DNA from: Anaerolineales bacterium | Lineage (GTDB): Bacteria; Chloroflexota; Anaerolineae; Anaerolineales; RBG-16-64-43 | NCBI GenBank assembly: GCA_016932475.1 | Contig: JAFGCU010000020.1 | Location: forward strand, 101 to 64,100 | DNA length: 64,000 nucleotides | Direction: 5' to 3' | Shown: in pieces, positions 40,573-48,951 of the stretch | Position numbering within the stretch: position 1 is the first letter of the stretch | How the letters are laid out: every line of letters starts with the position of its first letter | Notes under the pieces: generated by a model | Told to the model about the DNA's origin: nothing | Databases searched by the model: none | The model's input: the letters and a program-made list of their open reading frames with translations, nothing else | Position numbers and translations under genes: made by a program

Positions 40573-42009
40573 ATGCCCGAAGATCGCCTGCCCTCGCGCG
40601 CCGAGGATTTTTCCGAATGGTACAACCAGCTTGTGCTGCGGGCCGAACTGGCCGACTACGCCCCGGTCCGCGGCTGCATGGTGGTGCGCCCGTACGGCTG
40701 GGCGCTGTGGGAAGCCATCACCCGCGAACTGGACCGCCGCTTCAAGGCCACCGGCCACGTCAACGCCGGCTTTCCGATGTTTATCCCAAAATCGTTCCTG
40801 GAAAAAGAGAAGGAACATGTGGAGGGGTTCTCCCCGGAACTGGCGGTGGTGACAATCGGCGGCGGGGAGGAACTCGAGGAACCGCTGGCCGTCCGGCCGA
40901 CCTCGGAGACGATCATCGGCCACATGTATGCCAAGTGGGTTAAATCCTATCGCGACCTGCCGATCCTGATCAACCTGTGGAACAGCGTCGTGCGCTGGGA
41001 AAAACGCACCAAGCTCTTCCTGCGCACGACCGAATTCTACTGGCAGGAGGGGCATACCGCGCACGCCACGGCCCAGGAAGCGGACGAGGAAACCCTGCGC
41101 ATGCTGGATATTTACGCCGACTTCGCCGAGAACGAAGCCGCCGTCCCGGTCATCCGCGGCCGCAAGAGCGACAGCGAGAAGTTTGCCGGCGCCGCCTGCA
41201 CCTACGCGATCGAAGCCATGATGGGCGACGGCAAGGCGCTCCAATCCGCCACTTCGCACAACCTCGGGCAGAACTTCGCGAAAGCATTTAACATCCAGTA
41301 CCTGGACGAGCAGAACAGCCAGCAATATGCCTGGACCACATCCTGGGGGCTCTCGACCCGCTTCATCGGCGCGATCATCATGGTTCACGGCGACGACACG
41401 GGCCTGATCCTTCCTCCGCGCCTGGCGCCGACCCAGGCGGTCATCGTGCCGATCTGGCGCAAAGAGGAGGAAAAGTCGGCGGTCACGGAGAAGGCGCTGC
41501 AACTGGAGCAGGAACTCCGGCAGACGTACCGCGTGCGGGTCGACCTGCGCGACGGGCTGACGCCCGGTTATAAATTCAACGACTGGGAGATGCGCGGCGT
41601 ACCGGTCCGCATCGAAATCGGCCCGCGCGATCTTGCCGCGGGAACGGTTGCGCTGGCGCGGCGCGACCGGCCGGGCCGCGAGGGCAAGACCACCGCAGCC
41701 TGGGATGGGCTGCCGCAATCGGTCGGCGCCCTGCTGGACGAGATTCAGCTGGCGTTGCTCGCCCGGGCGAAGAAGTTCCGCGACGATCACACCCAGGACC
41801 CGGCCGATTACGACGGTTTCCGCGGCGCCGTCGAGCAGGGGTTCGCCGTATCCTGGTGGTGCGGCGACGCGGCCTGCGAGGAAAAGGTCAAGGAAGACAC
41901 CAAAGCCACCATCCGCTGCATCCCCCTGGAGCAACCGGACGGAAAAGGGCGCTGCCTCGTCTGCGGCAAAGATGCTTCCCGGAAAGCCGTCTTCGGGAAA
42001 GCGTATTAA
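40573..42009 (+). CDS. proS: proline--tRNA ligase (archaeal/eukaryotic-like type)
   Basis: RPTSET, FLRTTEFYWQEGH, TSWGLSTR, C-terminal Zn domain. Confidence 0.96.
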   Translation: MPEDRLPSRAEDFSEWYNQLVLRAELADYAPVRGCMVVRPYGWALWEAITRELDRRFKATGHVNAGFPMFIPKSFLEKEKEHVEGFSPELAVVTIGGGEELEEPLAVRPTSETIIGHMYAKWVKSYRDLPILINLWNSVVRWEKRTKLFLRTTEFYWQEGHTAHATAQEADEETLRMLDIYADFAENEAAVPVIRGRKSDSEKFAGAACTYAIEAMMGDGKALQSATSHNLGQNFAKAFNIQYLDEQNSQQYAWTTSWGLSTRFIGAIIMVHGDDTGLILPPRLAPTQAVIVPIWRKEEEKSAVTEKALQLEQELRQTYRVRVDLRDGLTPGYKFNDWEMRGVPVRIEIGPRDLAAGTVALARRDRPGREGKTTAAWDGLPQSVGALLDEIQLALLARAKKFRDDHTQDPADYDGFRGAVEQGFAVSWWCGDAACEEKVKEDTKATIRCIPLEQPDGKGRCLVCGKDASRKAVFGKAY

Positions 42010-42011
42010 CC

Positions 42012-42803
42012 GTGCCCGCCATCAATATTTCGCGCTTGCGGCTCCAGGCGTTTGAGCTGGCCGGATTGCTCGAGGATCACGCCGCATTCCAGAAGTCCCT
42101 CCGTGCGCTCCTGGACGAGAATTCCCACCGCCTGCTGCGGCGCGGACGGTCGATGGCCATACGCAGCGCGCTTCCCGCCTGGGACGTTCCAGGCATCCTG
42201 ATCCGCGAACTGGAGGCGGCGCTGATTCCCGCCGCCCGGGAAAAAAACGCGGGCGTGATCGCCGCGGCGGCCGCGGTCTGGACGGCCGGCAAGCTCGAAG
42301 AGAAACAGCTCGCCGCGTACCTCGCCGGCCTTTCCCGCAGTTCCGGCGACGTGCGGACCCTGCTCCTGCAGTGGCTTGAGGAGACGAACGATCCGGCAGT
42401 ATTGCAGGATCTCGCCGTGCATACCTGCTCTCCGCTTCGAACCTCCAACCTGCTGTTGTTCCGCGCCGACATCCGGACCTGGATCGAAGCCCGCGAACCT
42501 CCGCGCCGCCGGTTCGGCTGGATGGCGCTGCGGGCATGGACGGACGAGAAGACCTCCGAATCCGTTTTTGCCGCCTTCGAATTGCTCCCTCTGGTTTTTT
42601 CGGAAACGGATCCGGAAACGATGCGGCTGGCGTCCGGGCTATTGGCACGGCTGGCGGAATTCTATCCGCAGGAAACGCAGGGATGGATGTCTGAATTCAC
42701 TCCAATACAGCTGCAGCAGGGACGCAAATTCCTGCGGATGGCGGTTCCCCAACTCCCCGAGGAACCGGCCGCATTCCTGCGCGACCTGTTGCATGGGGAT
42801 TGA
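42012..42803 (+). CDS. helical repeat protein, AlkD/DNA alkylation repair-like
   Basis: All-alpha pattern with W...LEEKQLAAYL; GTG 2 nt after the proS stop. Confidence 0.55.
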   Translation: MPAINISRLRLQAFELAGLLEDHAAFQKSLRALLDENSHRLLRRGRSMAIRSALPAWDVPGILIRELEAALIPAAREKNAGVIAAAAAVWTAGKLEEKQLAAYLAGLSRSSGDVRTLLLQWLEETNDPAVLQDLAVHTCSPLRTSNLLLFRADIRTWIEAREPPRRRFGWMALRAWTDEKTSESVFAAFELLPLVFSETDPETMRLASGLLARLAEFYPQETQGWMSEFTPIQLQQGRKFLRMAVPQLPEEPAAFLRDLLHGD

Positions 42804-42890
42804 AAAAATGCCGCGGTCTCCGCATCCCGCCACCTTTGCCCTCTGCATTCGGGCTTCATGCCGGATCATCCGGCCGGAAAAGGCGCCGTT

Positions 42891-43259
42891 GTGACAACCG
42901 GGAACAGACAGCTCGGAAATCGCGGTGAAGAAACGGCCGCCGACCATCTATCCAAATCGGGGTATGAAATCCTCAAGCGCAATGTGCGGACCCCCTACGG
43001 AGAACTGGATTTGATAACCCGGCAGGCGGGATCCACCGTTTTCATCGAGGTGAAAACACGCCGCAGCCGGACGCACGGCCTCCCGGAGGAGGCGGTCACA
43101 CCGCGCAAGCGCAGTCATCTCCTGGCTTCCGCGCAATATTTCCTCCAGCAGCATGCGCTATCCGATTCGCCGTGGCGAATCGATGTGGTGGCGGTTGAAT
43201 TGGATTCATCCGGAACCCTCAAGCGGCTTGAGGTATTTGAGAATGCCGTTCACGCCTGA
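42891..43259 (+). CDS. YraN family (UPF0102) endonuclease-like protein
   Basis: GNRGEE.AA..L, GELDLI, VFIEVKTR, RIDVVAV. Confidence 0.92.
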   Translation: MTTGNRQLGNRGEETAADHLSKSGYEILKRNVRTPYGELDLITRQAGSTVFIEVKTRRSRTHGLPEEAVTPRKRSHLLASAQYFLQQHALSDSPWRIDVVAVELDSSGTLKRLEVFENAVHA

Positions 43260-44202
43260 CACAAATCCGCTTCCGCTGGTGGTTTTCATCGTCGGTCCGA
43301 CCGGCTCGGGGAAAAGCGCGGCCGCCGCGGTCCTGGCGCGGCGCCTGAGCGGCGAGATTATCTCGGCCGACAGTCGCCTGCTCTACCGGGGATTCGATAT
43401 CGGCACCGACAAACCTCCGCCGGCCGCCCGGGCCGCGGTACCGCATCACCTGATCGACGTCACCGATCCGGATAAACCCTGGAGCCTGGTGGAATATCAA
43501 TCCGCCGCGCGCGAGTGCATCCTTCAGATCCACGCCCGCCGGCGGCTGCCGCTGTGCGTCGGCGGAACCGGGCAGTACGTGCGCGCGCTCCTGGAGGGAT
43601 GGGAAATTCCGCCCGCGGTTTCCAGCCCGGATTTCCGGATTCGGCTCGAGGACCGGGCTGCCCGGGAAGGCTCCGCGGCCCTGTATGCGGAATTGGAGCA
43701 GGCCGATCCGGCCGCCGCCGCGCGGATCGATCCGCGCAACGTTCGGCGCGTGGTCCGTGCGCTGGAAGTCGTCCTGTCCACCGGGAAGCCGTTTTCCGCG
43801 CTGCGCCGCAAGGGCGCGGTCGGATTTCGTCCGTTGGTTACCGGCCTGAGCCTCCCGCGGCCCGAATTGTACGCACGGGTGGACGCCCGGATCGACTCCA
43901 TGCTCGCCGCGGGTTGGATCGAGGAAGTGCGCGGACTCCTGGCGCGCGGATACGCCCCCGCGCTGCCGGCCTTCTCCGCCCTCGGATACGGTCAGATTGT
44001 CCGCCACATTCATGGCGAGCTCTCGCTGGACGATTGTGTCATGGAAATCCGGCGCGCCACACGCCGCCTGATCCGCCATCAGGCAAACTGGTTCCGTCCC
44101 GATGATCCGAACATCCACTGGCTTGAATCCGGCCCGGATGCGGCCGCGAAGGCGGAACAAATCATCCGCACATCCGCCTCCGCCTGGAACCGGAACGGGT
44201 AA
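43243..44202 (+). CDS. miaA: tRNA dimethylallyltransferase
   Basis: GPTGSGKS, ISADSR, DIGTDKP, VGGTGQY, RRVVRALEV, QANWF. Confidence 0.95.
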   Translation: MPFTPDTNPLPLVVFIVGPTGSGKSAAAAVLARRLSGEIISADSRLLYRGFDIGTDKPPPAARAAVPHHLIDVTDPDKPWSLVEYQSAARECILQIHARRRLPLCVGGTGQYVRALLEGWEIPPAVSSPDFRIRLEDRAAREGSAALYAELEQADPAAAARIDPRNVRRVVRALEVVLSTGKPFSALRRKGAVGFRPLVTGLSLPRPELYARVDARIDSMLAAGWIEEVRGLLARGYAPALPAFSALGYGQIVRHIHGELSLDDCVMEIRRATRRLIRHQANWFRPDDPNIHWLESGPDAAAKAEQIIRTSASAWNRNG

Positions 44203-44238
44203 CCGCAACGCCTGCCCCGGTGGGGCAGGCGTTGCGGT
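44202..44238. terminator. 17-bp perfect hairpin between convergent genes
   Basis: ACCGCAACGCCTGCCCC-GGT-GGGGCAGGCGTTGCGGT. Confidence 0.55.
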
Positions 44239-44311
44239 GAAAAGTATCTCGCGAGGGATTGGATTAAAAAAAACGCCCCGGACGGGCCGGGCGGGGAACA
44301 TGCCATACCGG

Positions 44312-44953
44312 TTACGCCGGCGGGGATTTCCGTTCGATCCGATATCCGCACTCGCATCGGACCGATCCGTCATCATCCAAAGGCCGGTTTCCAAGATATC
44401 TTCCGCACTTCGGGCATCGCGAGAAGAAGTTTCTTCGCAACCGCTGAAGGATCGATTGCCGGAAAAGAACATTCTTTTGGTCGCTGCGTTTCCGCAGCCA
44501 ATTCCAGATTTCAACCGCCGCCTGCGGCACCAGGACGACAGCCAGAAGAACCCCGATGATGATCCCCGCCGCCGGCACGTTGCCCACCCAAACGCTGAGA
44601 CCGTAATGCGCCGCGCCGACAGCCATGAACAACAGGCCGACACCCAGAAGTTTTACCGCCCCGACGAGGAAACGCCCGAGGATCTGCGGCAGGCTCCAAT
44701 AGCGGCGGTACAACTGCTGCAGGTCCTTTTTCAAATCCTCCAGGGAAATTTCCTGCTCCGATACCCGCCTGGCCTGCGCGGAGATATGGTAGAACTTTCC
44801 GTACACAGGAACGATCTCAAAACGGTTCTGATCCTCCCAGGCGATGCATTCGTTGAATACCCACGCCGAAGGCTTCTTCTCCAGGCGCTGATTATCCAGA
44901 ATTTTTCCGACTGCTTCCATCACCTCATCGGGTGATGCAGGGAGAAAGAGCAT
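44312..44953 (-). CDS. hypothetical 2-TM protein with C-terminal Zn ribbon
   Basis: Two hydrophobic helices; CPKC...CECG. Confidence 0.65.
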   Translation of the reverse strand: MLFLPASPDEVMEAVGKILDNQRLEKKPSAWVFNECIAWEDQNRFEIVPVYGKFYHISAQARRVSEQEISLEDLKKDLQQLYRRYWSLPQILGRFLVGAVKLLGVGLLFMAVGAAHYGLSVWVGNVPAAGIIIGVLLAVVLVPQAAVEIWNWLRKRSDQKNVLFRQSILQRLRRNFFSRCPKCGRYLGNRPLDDDGSVRCECGYRIERKSPPA

Positions 44954-45201
44954 GGTTGATCCCTTTCCACATGGATTGACACGCGCCGCCCCGGATGACG
45001 TTCTCACCCGCAGGACCTCTGGCCGGTCCGGAGGAAACAAAGCGTGCTCCAACCGGAGCGGATGCCCGATACAATTCGCCGGATAATCCGGGATACCCAA
45101 TTTTATCCGGGAAGTACGCTTGATGCTGCAACCCGGAAAAACCCGCTGGCGCCCGCAATAAGAATCCCGGCCGGAAAACGCGGTTTTTCACGTCTTGGGG
45201 A

Positions 45202-45678
45202 TTATTTTTTTACGGGTTTTTTACCGCCGGTCAGGTCCGCAAAGAGCGGAAGATATCTTCCGAATCCGGCATCTTCCAATTCTTCCACCGGGATGAACCG
45301 CAGAGAGGCGGAGTTGATGCAATATCGTTTGCCGGTCGGCTGCGGGCCGTCGTCGAAGACGTGCCCCAGGTGGGAATCCGCCCGGCCCGAACGGACCTCG
45401 GTGCGCTCCCGGTCAAACGACCGGTCGATTTTAAAAATAAGTTCCGCGTCGTCCATCGGCCGGAGGAAGCTCGGCCATCCGGTGCCGGAATCAAATTTAT
45501 CCAGCGAACAGAAGAGCGGTTCGCCCGAGACCACATCCACGTAGATCCCGGCGCGATGGTTGTCCCAGTATTCATTCTGAAACGGTTTTTCGGTTAGCGA
45601 GCACTGGGTGACCTGGTACTGTTCGGGATCCAAACGGCGGCGAAGTTCGTCATCCGGCGGTTTGGCGTAATCGCTCAT
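45202..45678 (-). CDS. msrB: methionine-R-sulfoxide reductase
   Basis: [31 protein letters not shown]. Confidence 0.96.
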   Translation of the reverse strand: MSDYAKPPDDELRRRLDPEQYQVTQCSLTEKPFQNEYWDNHRAGIYVDVVSGEPLFCSLDKFDSGTGWPSFLRPMDDAELIFKIDRSFDRERTEVRSGRADSHLGHVFDDGPQPTGKRYCINSASLRFIPVEELEDAGFGRYLPLFADLTGGKKPVKK

Positions 45679-45806
45679 GGAAGCCTCCGTAAAAAAGGGC
45701 GCCGCATCCCGGACCGGAGCCGGCACCGCTCCTTCAAATTTCATTATACCCACCGCCCGGCAGTCATGAATTAACCGGCCATGAAATAAAAAAAGCCGCG
45801 CGAAAA

Positions 45807-46625
45807 TCACCGGCGGTTTTTTTCCAGCCACCATTCTCCGGTTCGCTGCACCGCCACAACGGTAAGGGCGAGCGCCCCGCCCGCGGCCAGCGCCTGCCCG
45901 GGCGCCTGCCCGAACACCAACCGCGCTTCGGCCAGCATCCGGCCCCATTCGGGAACCGACGGCGCGCCGCCGAACCCGAGAAAAGTGAGCGATGCGACGT
46001 TTACCATCGCCCAGCCGAAGTGCAGCGCGCCGTACGCGGCCAGCGATCCGGAAATGTTCGGCAGCAGATGGCGGACCACCAGGCGGATTTTCCCGGCGCC
46101 GAGCGTGCGTGCCGCGAGCAAATATTCACGGCTGCGGATCTGACGCGCTTCGGCGCGCAGCAACCGCGCAAAAGTCGCGGCGCCGCCCAGACCCAGGGCG
46201 AGAATGACCGCCGCCTCCCCGGGACCGAGCGCGGAGAGTATCACAAGACCCAGGATCAACGCGGGCACGGCCAGGGCTGCATCCATCAACCGGCTTAGGA
46301 TCCGGTCTGCCCATCCGCCTGCGAATCCGGCCGCAATTCCCCACAGGCCGCCGAGCAGGATGGAGATGGCGGCCGCGCCGAACGCGGCAAGGAAAGTCCG
46401 CGCGCCGCCGGCGATCATCCGCCAGCCGAAATCTCTCCCCAGCATGTCCGTCCCCAGCCAGTGAACGCCGCTCGGCGGCTGCAGCGGAGATCCGGCGGCC
46501 GGCGCGGGGATCAGCCCAACAAGCAACCCACCCCCCAGCAGCAGGGCGATCCACGCGAATGCCGCCCAGGGGCGCGGATCGCGCACCGCCGGATTCGCCG
46601 CCGTCCACTTCCGGGATGCGCTCAT
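45807..46625 (-). CDS. peptide/nickel ABC transporter permease (DppC-like)
   Basis: [34 protein letters not shown]. Confidence 0.9.
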   Translation of the reverse strand: MSASRKWTAANPAVRDPRPWAAFAWIALLLGGGLLVGLIPAPAAGSPLQPPSGVHWLGTDMLGRDFGWRMIAGGARTFLAAFGAAAISILLGGLWGIAAGFAGGWADRILSRLMDAALAVPALILGLVILSALGPGEAAVILALGLGGAATFARLLRAEARQIRSREYLLAARTLGAGKIRLVVRHLLPNISGSLAAYGALHFGWAMVNVASLTFLGFGGAPSVPEWGRMLAEARLVFGQAPGQALAAGGALALTVVAVQRTGEWWLEKNRR

Positions 46626-47554
46626 GAAGCCTCACGCACCCGGGGATCCAGCATCGCGGCCGAAACATCCGCGATCATCCCGAACAGAATGTATCCGAGC
46701 GCGGCCAGCGCCAGCAGCGCCTGGACAACCGGGTAATCGCCCCGCAGCGCGGCATCCACCAGCATCCGGCCGAGCCCCGGGCGGGCGAAGACCACTTCGG
46801 TGATCATCGTGCCGCCGAGCAGAAAGGCGGCCTCCATGCCGGCCAGTGCCAGGACCGGCGCCATCGCGGCGCGCAGCATGCGCCAATCCGCTTGCACCCC
46901 GCGCGGGAATCCGTGCGCGCGCATCGCGAGATGAAAAAGCTCGCCGCGCGATTCGCGGATGGAGGTTTCGGCCGCGCGTCCGATGCTGCTCCCGACGGTC
47001 CACGCCAGCGCCAAGGCGGGAAGCAGGAGCCGCAATCCCCCGCGCAACGGATCCGGCAGCGGCGCGGTGAACAGCGGCACCGCCGCCCAAAGCAGGATCA
47101 ACCCGGACCATGCCACCGGCGTCGCCGCGCCGACGGCCAGGGCCGCCGACGCAATCCGGCCAATCCCCATGCCGCTCCCGCGGCGGTCGCGCCGGGAGGC
47201 GACGGCGCCGATCGCGAGGCCGAAAGCAACCGAGAGAATCCAGGCCAGGACGGCCAGCGGCACGGTGTAGGCGGCCGCCGACGCGATCATCCCGGCCACA
47301 TCCTGCCCGCTGAAGATCGACCGGCCCAGATCGCCGCGCAATACACCGCTGAAATATTGCGCGTACTGATCCAGCAACGGCCGGTCCAGCCCCAACGCGC
47401 GCCGCATTTCCGCCGCCTGCTCCTGCGTCGCGAGCCCTTCCGCCGTGAGCGACGCCAGCGGATCCACCCGGCCCAACCGCAGCGCGAAGAACGCCAGGGT
47501 GGCCACCGCCCAGACGACGATCAGGTTCTCGAGAATCCGCCGGATGTACCGCAT
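46622..47554 (-). CDS. peptide/nickel ABC transporter permease (DppB-like)
   Basis: LGLDRPL..QY, GDLGRS, TEVVFARPGLG, DYPVVQ. Confidence 0.9.
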   Translation of the reverse strand: MRYIRRILENLIVVWAVATLAFFALRLGRVDPLASLTAEGLATQEQAAEMRRALGLDRPLLDQYAQYFSGVLRGDLGRSIFSGQDVAGMIASAAAYTVPLAVLAWILSVAFGLAIGAVASRRDRRGSGMGIGRIASAALAVGAATPVAWSGLILLWAAVPLFTAPLPDPLRGGLRLLLPALALAWTVGSSIGRAAETSIRESRGELFHLAMRAHGFPRGVQADWRMLRAAMAPVLALAGMEAAFLLGGTMITEVVFARPGLGRMLVDAALRGDYPVVQALLALAALGYILFGMIADVSAAMLDPRVREAS

Positions 47555-47674
47555 GGGAATTATTGTACCCACCTTTTTATCCGGCATCGATTCCTCATTT
47601 TTTCCGCAGGAGAAAGGTACTGGAATCGCCGGCGGGCGCGGGGGATATAATACCTGTCAGACAAAGGAGCCGGC

Positions 47675-48472
47675 ATGCCCGATCCGCTGCGGAAAATCGA
47701 AATCCAGCTGGAGAATCTGTTCGAAAAAAGGACCGGGATACTTTCCGCGCACATCCTGCATGCCGGGAAGATCCTTGCGCGTCTGATCGAGGCGCTTGAA
47801 GAGCGCGCCGAACAGGGGCCCGGCGGCCGCTGGATTGCGCCGAATGCATACCGGCTGAAGCTCGGCAAGCGCATCTGGCAGACCGCCTCGGCCGTCCCGG
47901 ATCTGGCGGCGCTGCTCGGCTCCAAACTGGAGGAACATGTCACCCAGAGCGAGATGATCCTCCTCAACCCGATCCAAATCGAATTCACGTCCGACGACTC
48001 GCTGCGCGAGGAGAGCATCCGCGTATTCGCGGAAATCGTGCGGACCGGCGGCGAGCACACGGACGCCTTCCCGGCTTCCGACGCCGCGCCGATCGTCCTG
48101 CCGCACGGCGCGTTCCTGATCCTCAACGGCAGCCGGCATTACCCGCTCAACCGGCCGGTGATCAACATCGGCCGCCAGCTGGATAACCATCTGGTGATCG
48201 ACGACGCGCTGGTGAGCCGCCGACATGCGCAGTTGCGGGCGCGCGAGGGACAGTACCTTCTGACCGACCTCGGCTCCAAGCACGGCATGAAGGTCAACAA
48301 CTCGATCGTCCGCGAATGGGTCCTCCAACCCGGCGACGTGTTCCGCCTGGGCAACACCGAACTCATTTACGGCGACGACCGCGAGGAGAGCATCACCCAG
48401 CCGATCCCCGCCCACCCCGCCCCCGACTCCCCCGCGGATACCACCCCCCGACCGGAGAAACCCGCGGCATGA
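47675..48472 (+). CDS. FhaA-like protein (DUF3662 plus FHA)
   Basis: IAPNAY; FHA motifs IGR, VSRRHA, DLGSKHG. Confidence 0.85.
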   Translation: MPDPLRKIEIQLENLFEKRTGILSAHILHAGKILARLIEALEERAEQGPGGRWIAPNAYRLKLGKRIWQTASAVPDLAALLGSKLEEHVTQSEMILLNPIQIEFTSDDSLREESIRVFAEIVRTGGEHTDAFPASDAAPIVLPHGAFLILNGSRHYPLNRPVINIGRQLDNHLVIDDALVSRRHAQLRAREGQYLLTDLGSKHGMKVNNSIVREWVLQPGDVFRLGNTELIYGDDREESITQPIPAHPAPDSPADTTPRPEKPAA

Positions 48473-48951
48473 GCGTCTCGGTCCTGATGCTCGCCGCCCG
48501 CATCGCCCTGGCCGCCTGCCTGTATGCCTTCCTCGCGCTTGTCCTGGTGACCTTGTGGCGAGACCTGCGCGCGGCGGCCGGGGTGCAGCCCGCCGGATCG
48601 GCCCACTTCAGCCTGCGCCGCCTGCGGGAGGACGGCACGACGGACCGCGACTATCCGCTGCAGAAAGAATCCTGTTTCATCGGCCGCTCCCCGAGCCTCG
48701 AGGTATCTCTGGCGGATGAAACCGTTTCCGTCGTGCATGCACGCTTGTGGAAGGAGGCCGGCCGATGGTGGTTGGAGGATCTCGACTCGCGCAACGGCAC
48801 CCTGCTCAACCAAATTCCCGTCTCGAAAAAAACCGTCCTGTGCGCGGGCGATCGGATCCGCACCGGACGCATTCTGCTGGAATTCCGGATTGAGGATTCC
48901 TCACAACCCCCGGCGAAAATACAACCCCGCGCAACGGACACCCCCGCATGA
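48469..48951 (+). CDS. FhaB-like membrane-anchored FHA protein
   Basis: N-terminal TM LYAFL...LWRDL; IGR, VSVVHA, DLDSRNGT. Confidence 0.88.
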   Translation: MSVSVLMLAARIALAACLYAFLALVLVTLWRDLRAAAGVQPAGSAHFSLRRLREDGTTDRDYPLQKESCFIGRSPSLEVSLADETVSVVHARLWKEAGRWWLEDLDSRNGTLLNQIPVSKKTVLCAGDRIRTGRILLEFRIEDSSQPPAKIQPRATDTPA

